Origin: an uncultured Bacillota bacterium
GTDB taxonomy: Bacteria; Bacillota; Dehalobacteriia; UBA4068; UBA4997
Length of the DNA: 64,000 bases
Assembly: GCA_948907985.1 (NCBI GenBank)
Contig: CAQWMM010000003.1
Coordinates: forward strand, 7,173 to 71,172
Direction: 5' to 3'
Part shown: positions 1-8,227 of the stretch, in pieces
Layout of the letters: each line of letters opens with the position of its first letter
How positions within the stretch are numbered: the first letter of the stretch is position 1
Made by a program: the position numbers and the translations under genes
Notes under the pieces: generated by a model
The model's database searches: none
What the model saw: only the letters and a program-made list of their open reading frames with translations
What the model was told of the DNA's origin: nothing

Positions 1-2403
1 GATATTAGCGTTATTGAGGCCCCCTTGGCTAAAGAAATGGTTTACTATCCAGGCCAGACCGTTACCTTTAAGTTGCCCAACAGCATTATGGCTAATTATA
101 ACGGGCAACTGCAATGGTCGATTGATAACGCCGGTGAGCTGGCGCTGTTTGGAATCACACTGACGCTTAGCGATCCTAAAGCGCCAATGCCTACGCTTAC
201 AATCCCCACCAACTTCCCTGTTGATAAAATCGATGAGATAAAGGTACGGGTGCATAACAGCGCGGTTGACGATCTGGATAAAACTACCGATAAAGTTCAG
301 AAAATCAGGGTGGAAAAATTTATCCCGGTCAGCAGCTTTACCGGTGAGCTGCCAAAGACAGTATATTTATCCCCGGAAAACGGCACCGCCGAGATTGATT
401 TGAGCGTTATTAAGATTAAAAACGCTGACGCCGCTACCTGCAAAACGATTGAATGGTATAACGGCGAAGATAAAATAGAGGGCGATAAGTTTTATGCCGA
501 GAAAGTCGGCCCGCTTACCTTAACCGCCAAAGTTGTTAACGGCACGCAGGCCTATGGCGACGCAAAAGACGCAGACTTTAGTCAATCCTTTAATATTGAG
601 GTTAAACCGGCGCAAACCGGGCCGATTGAAATTGTATCAGGCACCGAGCCTTTGGCAGGAGATAAGACCTATTATGCCGGACAAACAGCCGGTTTCAAAA
701 TGTCTGACGCGATAATGAATTTGTATGGCGGAACATTGGTATGGACTACCGACAATACCAAAGTAACAGGCGAAAAAGATACAAACAATAATTATGTTAT
801 TGATATTCCTGCCGATTTTTCCGGCAAGCTGAAGATAACCGCCACCAACCCCTCCACCGAGGAAAATATACCGCGGGAATATGAAATAACCGTATTGCCG
901 TTTACTTCATTTGATAACACAACATTTACAATTTCCAATCCAACGCATAAAGATAACACCCCTGATGTTAAAATAGGCGGTACGTTACCGCTTAAATATG
1001 ATGTAACCGGCGATGATTGGAACAAAGACCTGCAAACAATCACCTGGGGCTTTGCCAAAGGGGATAGACACGAGAGCGAAAAAACCACAATTGACGACAA
1101 AGGCGTCCTTACTATTGGTGCTGATGAAACTGCCGACACAATCAAGGTGGTTGCCACAATGGCAAACGGTCGGTTGGTTGACAACAAGCTGGAAGAGTTG
1201 CCTTCTAATACTTTAGATATTTCGGTTGATCGTCTGAATGTCAGCAATATCTTCTGGCAGCGTGATACCAAGGATGATCCGACACTCATTGGCGAAAATG
1301 ATATTCCGGAGTTTTACGCCGGTGAAAATATTACATTCTCAGCTGACGCATTGTCTACTTCGGTAGGTGGGCGCGATATTGAATGGAATATCACCAATTT
1401 AGATGCTATTATGAAACTATACCCAACTGCTAAAATTGATATTGACGGCGGCAAACTAATCGGCACTGATGTTATTAAGGCAGACACAACACTAAATATT
1501 ACCGCTCAAACTGTCGGCGCGGCCAAAGAGGTATCTGTATTGATTAAACCTTTCACTTCGGTAAGTAAATTGGAAATTGCCGCTAATGGTTCTACAACCG
1601 TAGAAACTGGCCAAACCTTACAGTTTACGTCAACTGTTACGCCTGTTGACGCGACCAAGGCAAGCGATATTGAGTGGAGCATAATAACCACTCATAAAGA
1701 GGGAACAAAAATAGAGAATGGTTTATTAACTATTGCTAATGACGAAGATGCAAAAACGATTACAGTTCAGGCTGCTATTAGAAACGGCAAAATAGCTAGC
1801 AATAAATTGCAAGATGTAACCAGCAGTGCAAAGGTTACGCCGTTTACATCCGTATCCGATATTACTATTGACTACCAAAAAGAGGGAAATAATATACGGT
1901 TCTCGGCTACTGTAAATCCGACAACTGCAAGCGTTAAAACTGTTAAATGGACTATAAGCGGCAACAAATCAGGTACATCCATAAACGCAACAACTGGTCT
2001 GTTAACTATTGCCGCTGATGATGATAGCCTAATCACAGTTACGGCAACCATTGAAAAATGTAAATTAAACAATGGTACTTATGGAAATGTAACCGCGACG
2101 GCAACAGTTCAAAATGGTAGTGTAACTGTCCAGAGCGCCAGTGCAAATTCGCGCGCCAAGGTTGCCGCACAGCCGGCTACTTCCTCCGTACCCGCTACCA
2201 TAGAACCGGAAAAGAAAGTTGAGGAAGAAAAACAGACCAGCAGCAAGGACAATACTATCAAGAAGTCGGCTGCTGAAATCCGCGCCGAACAGGCCGCTGC
2301 CGAGCGCGAACAGATCGAGGCGGAAAAACGCGCCCAGAGGGCCCGTCAGTCTTCAATCGCCAAAGGCTCTGGCGTCAGCAAAACCCAGGTTTCTGCGGAT
2401 TAA
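1..2403 (+). CDS. Large cell-surface protein with at least 6-7 tandem bacterial Ig-like (Big_2-type) repeats. The 5' end is truncated by the window edge, since the reading frame is open to position 1.
   Basis: An 801-codon open frame runs from position 1. It has recurring ~80-aa modules (…TVQA.I.NGK…S.KV…PFTSVS…). The C-terminal ~90 aa are K/E/A-rich and low complexity, with no LPXTG or SLH motif. An intrinsic terminator follows. Confidence 0.5.
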   Translation, partial: DISVIEAPLAKEMVYYPGQTVTFKLPNSIMANYNGQLQWSIDNAGELALFGITLTLSDPKAPMPTLTIPTNFPVDKIDEIKVRVHNSAVDDLDKTTDKVQKIRVEKFIPVSSFTGELPKTVYLSPENGTAEIDLSVIKIKNADAATCKTIEWYNGEDKIEGDKFYAEKVGPLTLTAKVVNGTQAYGDAKDADFSQSFNIEVKPAQTGPIEIVSGTEPLAGDKTYYAGQTAGFKMSDAIMNLYGGTLVWTTDNTKVTGEKDTNNNYVIDIPADFSGKLKITATNPSTEENIPREYEITVLPFTSFDNTTFTISNPTHKDNTPDVKIGGTLPLKYDVTGDDWNKDLQTITWGFAKGDRHESEKTTIDDKGVLTIGADETADTIKVVATMANGRLVDNKLEELPSNTLDISVDRLNVSNIFWQRDTKDDPTLIGENDIPEFYAGENITFSADALSTSVGGRDIEWNITNLDAIMKLYPTAKIDIDGGKLIGTDVIKADTTLNITAQTVGAAKEVSVLIKPFTSVSKLEIAANGSTTVETGQTLQFTSTVTPVDATKASDIEWSIITTHKEGTKIENGLLTIANDEDAKTITVQAAIRNGKIASNKLQDVTSSAKVTPFTSVSDITIDYQKEGNNIRFSATVNPTTASVKTVKWTISGNKSGTSINATTGLLTIAADDDSLITVTATIEKCKLNNGTYGNVTATATVQNGSVTVQSASANSRAKVAAQPATSSVPATIEPEKKVEEEKQTSSKDNTIKKSAAEIRAEQAAAEREQIEAEKRAQRARQSSIAKGSGVSKTQVSAD

Positions 2404-2447
2404 CCTGAAAATTGGCGACAGGCCAGAATCAGTTTAAGTATAGTAAA

Positions 2448-2486
2448 ATAGCCGAACCTTTTTCTTGAGGGTTCGGCTATTTTTTC
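2448..2486. terminator. Bidirectional rho-independent terminator between the Ig-repeat gene (+) and the CotF-like gene (-).
   Basis: An 11 bp perfect stem (atagccgaacc / ggttcggctat) is followed by TTTTT on the plus strand. Confidence 0.65.
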
Positions 2487-2514
2487 TTTTGGCTAAAAGC
2501 TTTCGCGTGCAGCC

Positions 2515-2781
2515 CTAGTTAGCGCCCTGGCTGCAACAGAATTTTTGTTTGACAGAGTTGATTTTGTTCTGCTCTGCCTGGTCCGGGGAATACCAGCCTT
2601 TGGCGGACATTTTGTTGTAGATATTGTCTTGAATGGCCAGCGAATTGTTAAGGGCGCTGTTGAAAGTTTGATGCACGTTGGCGGTGGAGGATTCGATAGC
2701 GCCGTGCATATAGAGATCGCAGACGCCTTTTTCCAGCAGCAGCATATTTTCCATCAGGTTTTTATCGTTATTGTTGTTCAT
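2515..2781 (-). CDS. Spore coat protein F (Coat_F domain) family protein, 88 aa.
   Basis: The protein carries Coat_F-like motifs (LLLEKGVCDLYMHGAIESST…MSAKGWYSPDQAEQNKINSVKQKF). An RBS (AAGGAGG) sits upstream of the ATG. Confidence 0.5.
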   Translation of the reverse strand: MNNNNDKNLMENMLLLEKGVCDLYMHGAIESSTANVHQTFNSALNNSLAIQDNIYNKMSAKGWYSPDQAEQNKINSVKQKFCCSQGAN

Positions 2782-2793
2782 GGGGGGCCTCCT

Positions 2794-2967
2794 TTACAGC
2801 AGACTGAAAAAGCTTTGATAAATTTGTTGGTTCTTTTGCGCCATTTGCTGAACGCAGGTTTTTAATTCGGCGTCTTGCAGCTGGCCGAGGGTTTCTTGGC
2901 ATTTGCTTTGAAAATACTGCGCATGGCCGAGAGCGTCTTCAATATACAGCAGTTCTTTGCTCGTCAT
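2794..2967 (-). CDS. Small hypothetical protein (57 aa) directly upstream of, and co-oriented with, the CotF-like gene.
   Basis: ATG with an AGGAGGT RBS at 6 nt spacing, giving MTSKELLYIEDALGHAQYFQ…SFFSLL. It lies 12 nt before the cotF-like start. It is shorter than the 60 aa cutoff of the ORF track. Confidence 0.35.
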   Translation of the reverse strand: MTSKELLYIEDALGHAQYFQSKCQETLGQLQDAELKTCVQQMAQKNQQIYQSFFSLL

Positions 2968-3059
2968 GGTTTGTACCTCCTGAGTAATCGTTTTGTTGTC
3001 TGTGTATAGATAGTTTGCCCGGGGCGGCGGGTTTTATTCATTTTTTTGCTTTGCCGCAT

Positions 3060-3100
3060 GATGGCATGGAATGTCCGATTGAGATGTGTTAAAATGCTAG
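3060..3100 (+). promoter_or_regulatory. Copy A of a 40 bp direct repeat that carries an extended -10 promoter (TGtTAAAAT), upstream of the small terminase gene.
   Basis: gatggcatggaatgtccgattgagatgtgttaaaatg matches 4780-4819 at 37 of 40 positions. The TGn plus -10 sits at the same offset in both copies. Confidence 0.45.
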
Positions 3101-3135
3101 TATAAAAAAATATGAAAAATTTTAGGGGGGATTAT

Positions 3136-3363
3136 ATGGTGGAAAAAGCCAGGCGGGCAGTGGCCTGCAAAACGGAGATTATGCAGTTTTTGACGGAGGT
3201 GATGCGCGGCGAGCTGGACGCGCCCAAGGTGAGCGAGCGAACCAAGGCGGCGGAACTGTTGGGGCGCAGCAAGCATATTTTTTCTGATAAGGCGGAGAAA
3301 AATAAAGAGGCCGAGCGGGCGTTGGAGGTGAGAATTTGGGGCGAGGATGATTTGGCGGATTGA
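3136..3363 (+). CDS. Phage small terminase subunit, PBSX XtmA-like, truncated. Only the C-terminal region is present and the N-terminal HTH DNA-binding domain is absent.
   Basis: EIMQFLTEVMRGEL…PKVSERTKAAELLGRS resembles the C-terminal half of XtmA/Terminase_2. An in-frame stop at 3103-3105 prevents any N-terminal extension. RBS AGGGGGG precedes the ATG at 3136. Confidence 0.55.
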   Translation: MVEKARRAVACKTEIMQFLTEVMRGELDAPKVSERTKAAELLGRSKHIFSDKAEKNKEAERALEVRIWGEDDLAD

Positions 3364-4628
3364 GATTGGCCGTGGGGCGGAAAGGCGGTGAGGGTGTGCA
3401 GGAAATATATCTGCCGGATTTGGTGGGCGGAGGTTATCGGGATTTTTGGCATTTTACCGGCCGCTACCGCGTGGTGAAAGGCAGCCGGGCCAGCAAGAAA
3501 TCCAAAACGACGGCGCTTAATTTGATTTGGCGGCTGCTACGCCTGCCGCAGACCAATTTGTTGGTGGTGCGCAAAACTTACCGCTCTTTGCGAGATTCGT
3601 GCTATGCGGAACTTTGCTGGGCAATCCGGCGGCTGGGCGTGGAAGCGGCCTGGCAGCGCCGGGAGGAGCCTTTGGAACTGACCTATTTGCCGACGGGGCA
3701 GAAGATCTTTTTTCGGGGGTTGGATGACCCGCAAAAAATAACTTCGATTGCCGCGCGGCAGGGACAGCTCTGTTTTTTATGGCTGGAGGAGGCCTATGAG
3801 GTTAGCCGGGAGGAAGATTTTGCTATTTTGGATGAGAGTATTCGGGGCGAGGCCCCTTTTAAGCAGCTGACGCTGACTTTTAACCCGTGGAATGAAAACC
3901 ACTGGTTAAAGCGGCGTTTTTTTGACTGCCCGGCTAGCCCGGATATTTTGGCCAAGACGGTGGATTATCGCTGCAATGAGTTTTTGGACGAGGCCGACCG
4001 GCGCGTTTTTGCCAATATGGCCATTCAGAACCCGCGGCGTTACCGGGTGGCCGGTTTGGGAGAATGGGGCGTGGCCGAGGGGCTGGTTTATGAAAACTGG
4101 CGCGAGGCGGACTTTGACTGGCGGGAGGCAGCCGCGGGGGCGCAGGCGCGCAGTATCTTTGGGCTGGATTTTGGTTATGTGAATGATGAGACAGCTCTGT
4201 TTTGTGGCCTGGTTGATTTGACGGCGCGGCGTATTTGGGTTTTTGATGAGATATACCGGCGGGGGTTGAGCAATGAGCAGCTTTATGCCGAGATTGTGGC
4301 TAAGGGTTATGCTAAGGAGAAAATTTGCGCGGACAGCGCCGAGCCGAAGAGCATTGACCGCCTGCGGGAACTGGGCTTGAGCCGGATTAAGCCTGCGCGC
4401 AAGGGAGCGGACAGCGTGCGGCACGGAATTGACTTTTTGCAGGGTTTTGAAATTTTGGTATCGCCGCGCTGCCCCAATTTTTTGGCCGAGATCAGCGCGT
4501 ATAGCTGGCAGACAGACAAAAATGGCCGGCTGCTGAATGTGCCGGAGGACGGGCATAATCATTTGATGGACGCGATGCGTTATGCGGCGGAGGATTTGCT
4601 GCGGGGAGCCAGTTTTAGTTTTGCCTAA
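3360..4628 (+). CDS. Phage large terminase subunit, PBSX/Terminase_3 family.
   Basis: A Walker-A-like YRVVKGSRASKKSKT motif and family-typical N- and C-terminal nuclease regions. It overlaps the terS stop. The start codon is uncertain (TTG at 3360 or a downstream GTG). Confidence 0.85.
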   Translation: MRLAVGRKGGEGVQEIYLPDLVGGGYRDFWHFTGRYRVVKGSRASKKSKTTALNLIWRLLRLPQTNLLVVRKTYRSLRDSCYAELCWAIRRLGVEAAWQRREEPLELTYLPTGQKIFFRGLDDPQKITSIAARQGQLCFLWLEEAYEVSREEDFAILDESIRGEAPFKQLTLTFNPWNENHWLKRRFFDCPASPDILAKTVDYRCNEFLDEADRRVFANMAIQNPRRYRVAGLGEWGVAEGLVYENWREADFDWREAAAGAQARSIFGLDFGYVNDETALFCGLVDLTARRIWVFDEIYRRGLSNEQLYAEIVAKGYAKEKICADSAEPKSIDRLRELGLSRIKPARKGADSVRHGIDFLQGFEILVSPRCPNFLAEISAYSWQTDKNGRLLNVPEDGHNHLMDAMRYAAEDLLRGASFSFA

Positions 4629-4631
4629 AAA

Positions 4632-4750
4632 AGTTCACTAGTACTCCATCTGCTTTGTCATTAGGCTGTTTGGCTTCGTCAACGTACTATTAGTACGCCT
4701 CCTCGCCGCACAGTCTAATTCCTCGCATTTGGGGCACTATTGAACTTTTT
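4632..4750 (+). other. Structured intergenic element between terL and portal. A long-range stem (agttcactagtac…ggcactattgaact) is followed by TTTTT. It encloses a 29 nt palindrome-containing motif.
   Basis: The outer complementary arms match at 11 of 13 positions. A U-run lies at 4746-4750. The internal perfect palindrome is CGTACTATTAGTACG. Confidence 0.35.
4676..4704 (+). repeat. 29 nt motif tcgtcaacgtactattagtacgcctcctc (7-1-7 palindrome plus a CCTCCTC tail), copy 1.
   Basis: Its reverse complement recurs at 29205-29233 with one mismatch. Confidence 0.6.
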
Positions 4751-4779
4751 AGTTTAGTAAAATATCCTTAGGAAAAAAA

Positions 4780-4819
4780 GATGGCATGGAATGTCCGATT
4801 GTGATGTGTTAGAATGGTA
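4780..4819 (+). promoter_or_regulatory. Copy B of the 40 bp repeat with an extended -10 (TGtTAGAAT), upstream of the portal gene.
   Basis: It matches 3060-3100. A strong RBS (GAGGAGGG) lies downstream. Confidence 0.45.
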
Positions 4820-4875
4820 TCATCAGGAAAGAATGAGAGCAACAGAAAAAGATTGAGGAGGGATGAAAAATTATA

Positions 4876-6366
4876 ATGCAAAAAATTGCCGATGCGTGCC
4901 GCAGGCTGAGTTCAGCCGGCGGTTTTTTGTACGCCGGAAAAGGCGGGCAGCCCGAGGAGCTGGAGGTGTTGGCCTGGGAACTGGAACGCTGGCTGACCTC
5001 GGAGCGGCGGCGTTGGATGGTGTTGGGCGAAGAATATTTTGCCGGCCGGCAGGATATTCTGCGGGAGCAGCGCCTGGTGATTGGGCGCGGCGGCCAGTTG
5101 GAGCCGGCCCAAAATCTGCCGAATAACCGGCTGGTGAATAATCAGTATGCCAAGTTGGTGAACCAGAAAACCAACTATATGTTGGGGCAACCGATTAGCT
5201 GGGAGGCGGAATGCCCAAAATTTGCCGACGCGTTGAGCCGGGTTTTTGACCGGACGTTTATGCGGCTGTTAAAAAGGCTGGGCAAGGATTGTTATAATCA
5301 GGGGATTGCCTGGCTTTATCCGTATATTGATTTGAGCGGGCGGCTGGCCTTTGCCCGCTTTGGCGGCCGGGAGATTTTGCCCTTTTGGGCGGACGCGGAA
5401 CATAATATTTTAACGGGCGCTTTGCGTTTGTTTGGCCGGGAGGTTTGGCGGCGGGGGCGGCTGCAAACCGTTTGGGGCGTGGAAGTGTATGATAGCGGCG
5501 GGGTGCGCCGGTTTGGCTGGGAGCCGGGGGCCGGCAGGCTGACGGCCTGGCAGTGGGACGCGCCGGGCGAGCGAGCGGACAATTCGGCGGCGGGCCGGCG
5601 GCTGGCTTATTTGCGGCATCGGACGGCGGCTGGTGGCTGGGAGGAATTTAATTGGCAGCGCGTGCCGTTGATTCCTTTTAAGCTGAATGAAAGGGAACAG
5701 CCTTTGATCTGCCGGGTGAAATCCTTGCAGGACGCGCTGAATACCATGTTATCTGGTTTTGAAAACGTTATGCAGGAAGACAGCCGCAACACAATTTTGG
5801 TGATTAAAAATTATGACGGTACGGATTTGGCGGAGTTTCGACATAATTTGGCGGCGTTTGGGGCGGTTAAGGTGAAAACGATCGACGGCGCGGAGGGCGG
5901 TATTGACAGCCTGGCCGTTGAAGTGGACGCCGGCAATTATCAGGCTATTCTGGAACTTTTGCAGCGGGCGATTATTGAAAACGGTTTGGGGTTTGATTCT
6001 AAGCTGGACCGGGCTTATCGGGCGGCCAATGAGTTGAATATTAAATCAATGTATAGCGACATATGCCTGGACGCTAACGATTTGGAAACTGAATGGCAGG
6101 CCAGTTTTACCGACTTGCTGTGGTTTGTGAAACGCTATCTGGCGATGAGCGGACAGGGCGATTTTCTGGATTGTGGCTGGCGGCTGATTTTTAACCGGGA
6201 CATTATGATTGACGAAAGCGAGGTTATTGACAACTGTTTGAAATCCCGCGGGCTGCTTTCGGATAAATCAATTATTGCCCAGCACCCCTGGGTGAACGAC
6301 GTGGAGGGCGAGCTGCGCCGTTTGCAGGCGCAGGCCAAACAGGAAAATGACGAGGCGCAGTTATGA
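4876..6366 (+). CDS. Phage portal protein, SPP1 gp6-like.
   Basis: NNRLVNNQYAKLVNQKTNYMLGQP is portal-family motif text. The protein is 496 aa and sits immediately after terL. The exact start is ambiguous, because the RBS is 15 nt from the ATG. Confidence 0.8.
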   Translation: MQKIADACRRLSSAGGFLYAGKGGQPEELEVLAWELERWLTSERRRWMVLGEEYFAGRQDILREQRLVIGRGGQLEPAQNLPNNRLVNNQYAKLVNQKTNYMLGQPISWEAECPKFADALSRVFDRTFMRLLKRLGKDCYNQGIAWLYPYIDLSGRLAFARFGGREILPFWADAEHNILTGALRLFGREVWRRGRLQTVWGVEVYDSGGVRRFGWEPGAGRLTAWQWDAPGERADNSAAGRRLAYLRHRTAAGGWEEFNWQRVPLIPFKLNEREQPLICRVKSLQDALNTMLSGFENVMQEDSRNTILVIKNYDGTDLAEFRHNLAAFGAVKVKTIDGAEGGIDSLAVEVDAGNYQAILELLQRAIIENGLGFDSKLDRAYRAANELNIKSMYSDICLDANDLETEWQASFTDLLWFVKRYLAMSGQGDFLDCGWRLIFNRDIMIDESEVIDNCLKSRGLLSDKSIIAQHPWVNDVEGELRRLQAQAKQENDEAQL

Positions 6367-7316
6367 AACAGTTTGATTTGTTGATTGGCAACGGCGAAGA
6401 CTGGCTGAGGCCGCAGGTTTTAAGCGGCCTGCGCTTGCAGCGGGGGGCTAACGCGGCGGCGGTGTTGGATTTTGCGGTGCTTAAAAACGGTATGCTTAAC
6501 TTTTTGGAGGGCGCGCCGGTGCGGCTGTTGGTTGACGGGCAGGTGATTTTTGCCGGGCGGGTGTTTGCCAAAAAGCGCAGTCAGCCGGAAATTATTCAGG
6601 TTCGGGCTTATGACCAGCTGCGTTATTTGCAAAACCGGGACTGCTGCGTTATGCAGGATTTTTCGCCGGGGGATTTGCTGCGGCGGATTTGCAGCGAGAA
6701 TAATTTGCAGATTGGAACGGTGGCGGATTGTGGGGTGCGCCTGTCGGCGCATAGCTTTGACAACCGGCGCTATCTGGATATGCTGGGGGAGGTGTTGAAT
6801 GAGGTTTGGCAGGCCAAGGGCAGCCGCTATTTTGTTTATGACGAGGCCGGCAAAATCTGCCTGCGGAGCTGCTGGGATTTGCGGGTGAATATTCTGTTGG
6901 CGGAGAACTGCATTGGCGGCTATGAATATGCTACCTCGGTGGACGGACAAACCTTTAACCGGGTTAAGGTGATTTATGAGGATAAGCGCAAGGGCCTGCG
7001 CAAGGAGTTTGTGGCGGAGAACCGGGAGCGAATTGACGATTGGGGGCCATTGCAGCTGGTGAGCAAGAGCGCCGACGCTAGGCAGCAGACTTATAGCCGG
7101 GCCAGAGAACTTTTGCAGGCTTATCAGCGGCGGCAGGAAAGCCTGGTGGTGCGGGACGCGCCAGGGGATTGGCGGGTACGCGGCGGCGGCATGGTTGGCC
7201 TGCGTTTGAATTTGGGCGAGCAGCTGGTGGACTGTTGGGCGTTGGTGAAAAGAGCGGAGCACAGAATTGTGGCGGGAAATTGTTTGATGAATTTAAACCT
7301 GGAGTGTATATATTAA
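6363..7316 (+). CDS. XkdQ/YqbQ-family phage tail protein (late-control-D/hub-like).
   Basis: Recalled similarity to B. subtilis XkdQ: GAPVRLLVDGQVIFAGRVF…IQVRAYDQLRYLQN…ESLVVRDAPGD parallels GDGIKFYWKGKLLFLGAVY…LVAYDDIWYLANN…ESLSVTTIG. Confidence 0.6.
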   Translation: MKQFDLLIGNGEDWLRPQVLSGLRLQRGANAAAVLDFAVLKNGMLNFLEGAPVRLLVDGQVIFAGRVFAKKRSQPEIIQVRAYDQLRYLQNRDCCVMQDFSPGDLLRRICSENNLQIGTVADCGVRLSAHSFDNRRYLDMLGEVLNEVWQAKGSRYFVYDEAGKICLRSCWDLRVNILLAENCIGGYEYATSVDGQTFNRVKVIYEDKRKGLRKEFVAENRERIDDWGPLQLVSKSADARQQTYSRARELLQAYQRRQESLVVRDAPGDWRVRGGGMVGLRLNLGEQLVDCWALVKRAEHRIVAGNCLMNLNLECIY

Positions 7317-7359
7317 GCTGACATATTAAATATATATGAATTTTGGGGAGGGGTGAGAA

Positions 7360-7806
7360 ATGTATCATTATTTTATTGGCGATGTGGAGCTGCCGCTGGC
7401 GCCGGAAAAATACAGCCTGAAGATTTGCCAGAATAATCAGCTGGTGCAGCTGGCCGACGGCGGCGAAATGAACCTTTTGCGGCCGGCGGGGCTTAGGGAA
7501 ATCAGCTTTGAATTGCTGCTGCCCTATTTTGAGGATTCGCCGCTGCTGCGCAACGGGGTTAAGGTTTTTAAGCCAATTTATTATTTGAACCGTCTGGCGG
7601 AATGGGCAGCGGCGGGGGAGCCTAGACGGCTGATTATTTATCGCTCGCTGCCGAACGGCGAGGAAATTTTTAATACCAGTATACTGGTGAGTTTGGAGGA
7701 TTATCAGGTTTTGGAGGCGGCTGATTTGGGCTTTGACGTGCGGGTGGCTCTGCGGCTGCGCGAATATCAGGAAAAGGTTTGCCAGAAATATGTGGGCGGC
7801 TTATAG
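7360..7806 (+). CDS. Hypothetical phage protein (tail/baseplate module), 148 aa.
   Basis: It lies between the XkdQ-like gene and a DUF2577-like ORF, has coding-like codon usage, and follows an RBS-like GGGGAGGGGTGAG. Confidence 0.4.
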   Translation: MYHYFIGDVELPLAPEKYSLKICQNNQLVQLADGGEMNLLRPAGLREISFELLLPYFEDSPLLRNGVKVFKPIYYLNRLAEWAAAGEPRRLIIYRSLPNGEEIFNTSILVSLEDYQVLEAADLGFDVRVALRLREYQEKVCQKYVGGL

Positions 7807-7847
7807 GCGAATTTTGGCAGTTTGGCGGGAATTAAGGAGGTGAGCGT

Positions 7848-8192
7848 TTGCAGACGGCGATTTTGGCAGAAACGCTGGCGGGGCTGGCCCAACGGGCGGC
7901 GGACAGTCAGTTGGCGGTGAACTTTGCCTTTGGCCGGGTGGTGGGGGAAAGCCCTTTGCAGATTTTGGTGGAGCAGCGGCTTTTGGTTCCGGAGGAACAG
8001 CTGATTTTGACCGACCCGGTGATTGGCAGTGTGGAGCGGCGGCTGGACGACGAGCGTTATTTACATGATAAGATTTATACCGTTTATCATAATTTGACGC
8101 TTGACGATCGGGTTTTGCTGGCCTGCGTACAGGGCGGGCAGGCTTATGTGATCGTCAGCCGTTATTATGCTACGGAACTGGACGAGGCCTGA
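7848..8192 (+). CDS. Hypothetical phage protein (possibly XkdR/DUF2577-like), 114 aa.
   Basis: TTG start preceded by AGGAGG at 7 nt. Context is the tail-hub block. Confidence 0.35.
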   Translation: MQTAILAETLAGLAQRAADSQLAVNFAFGRVVGESPLQILVEQRLLVPEEQLILTDPVIGSVERRLDDERYLHDKIYTVYHNLTLDDRVLLACVQGGQAYVIVSRYYATELDEA

Positions 8193-8227
8193 AAAACAGG
8201 TTTTGATAATGAAAAGGGGGTGAAAAG

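Noticed and set aside
4863-5126. The ATG at 4863, 2 nt after a strong GAGGAGGG, as an alternative portal start.
   Set aside because: It is out of frame with the portal ORF and encodes an 87 aa Arg/Gly/Ala junk peptide. The portal starts at 4876 or later in frame 1.
6420-7262. A 280 aa minus-strand ORF antisense to the XkdQ-like gene. Similar long antisense ORFs occur at 15208-15933, 15800-16486, 16435-17124 and 17442-18254.
   Set aside because: GC-rich DNA yields long stop-free shadow frames. The frames are Arg/Pro/Ala/Gln-rich with no RBS and overlap better-supported plus-strand genes.
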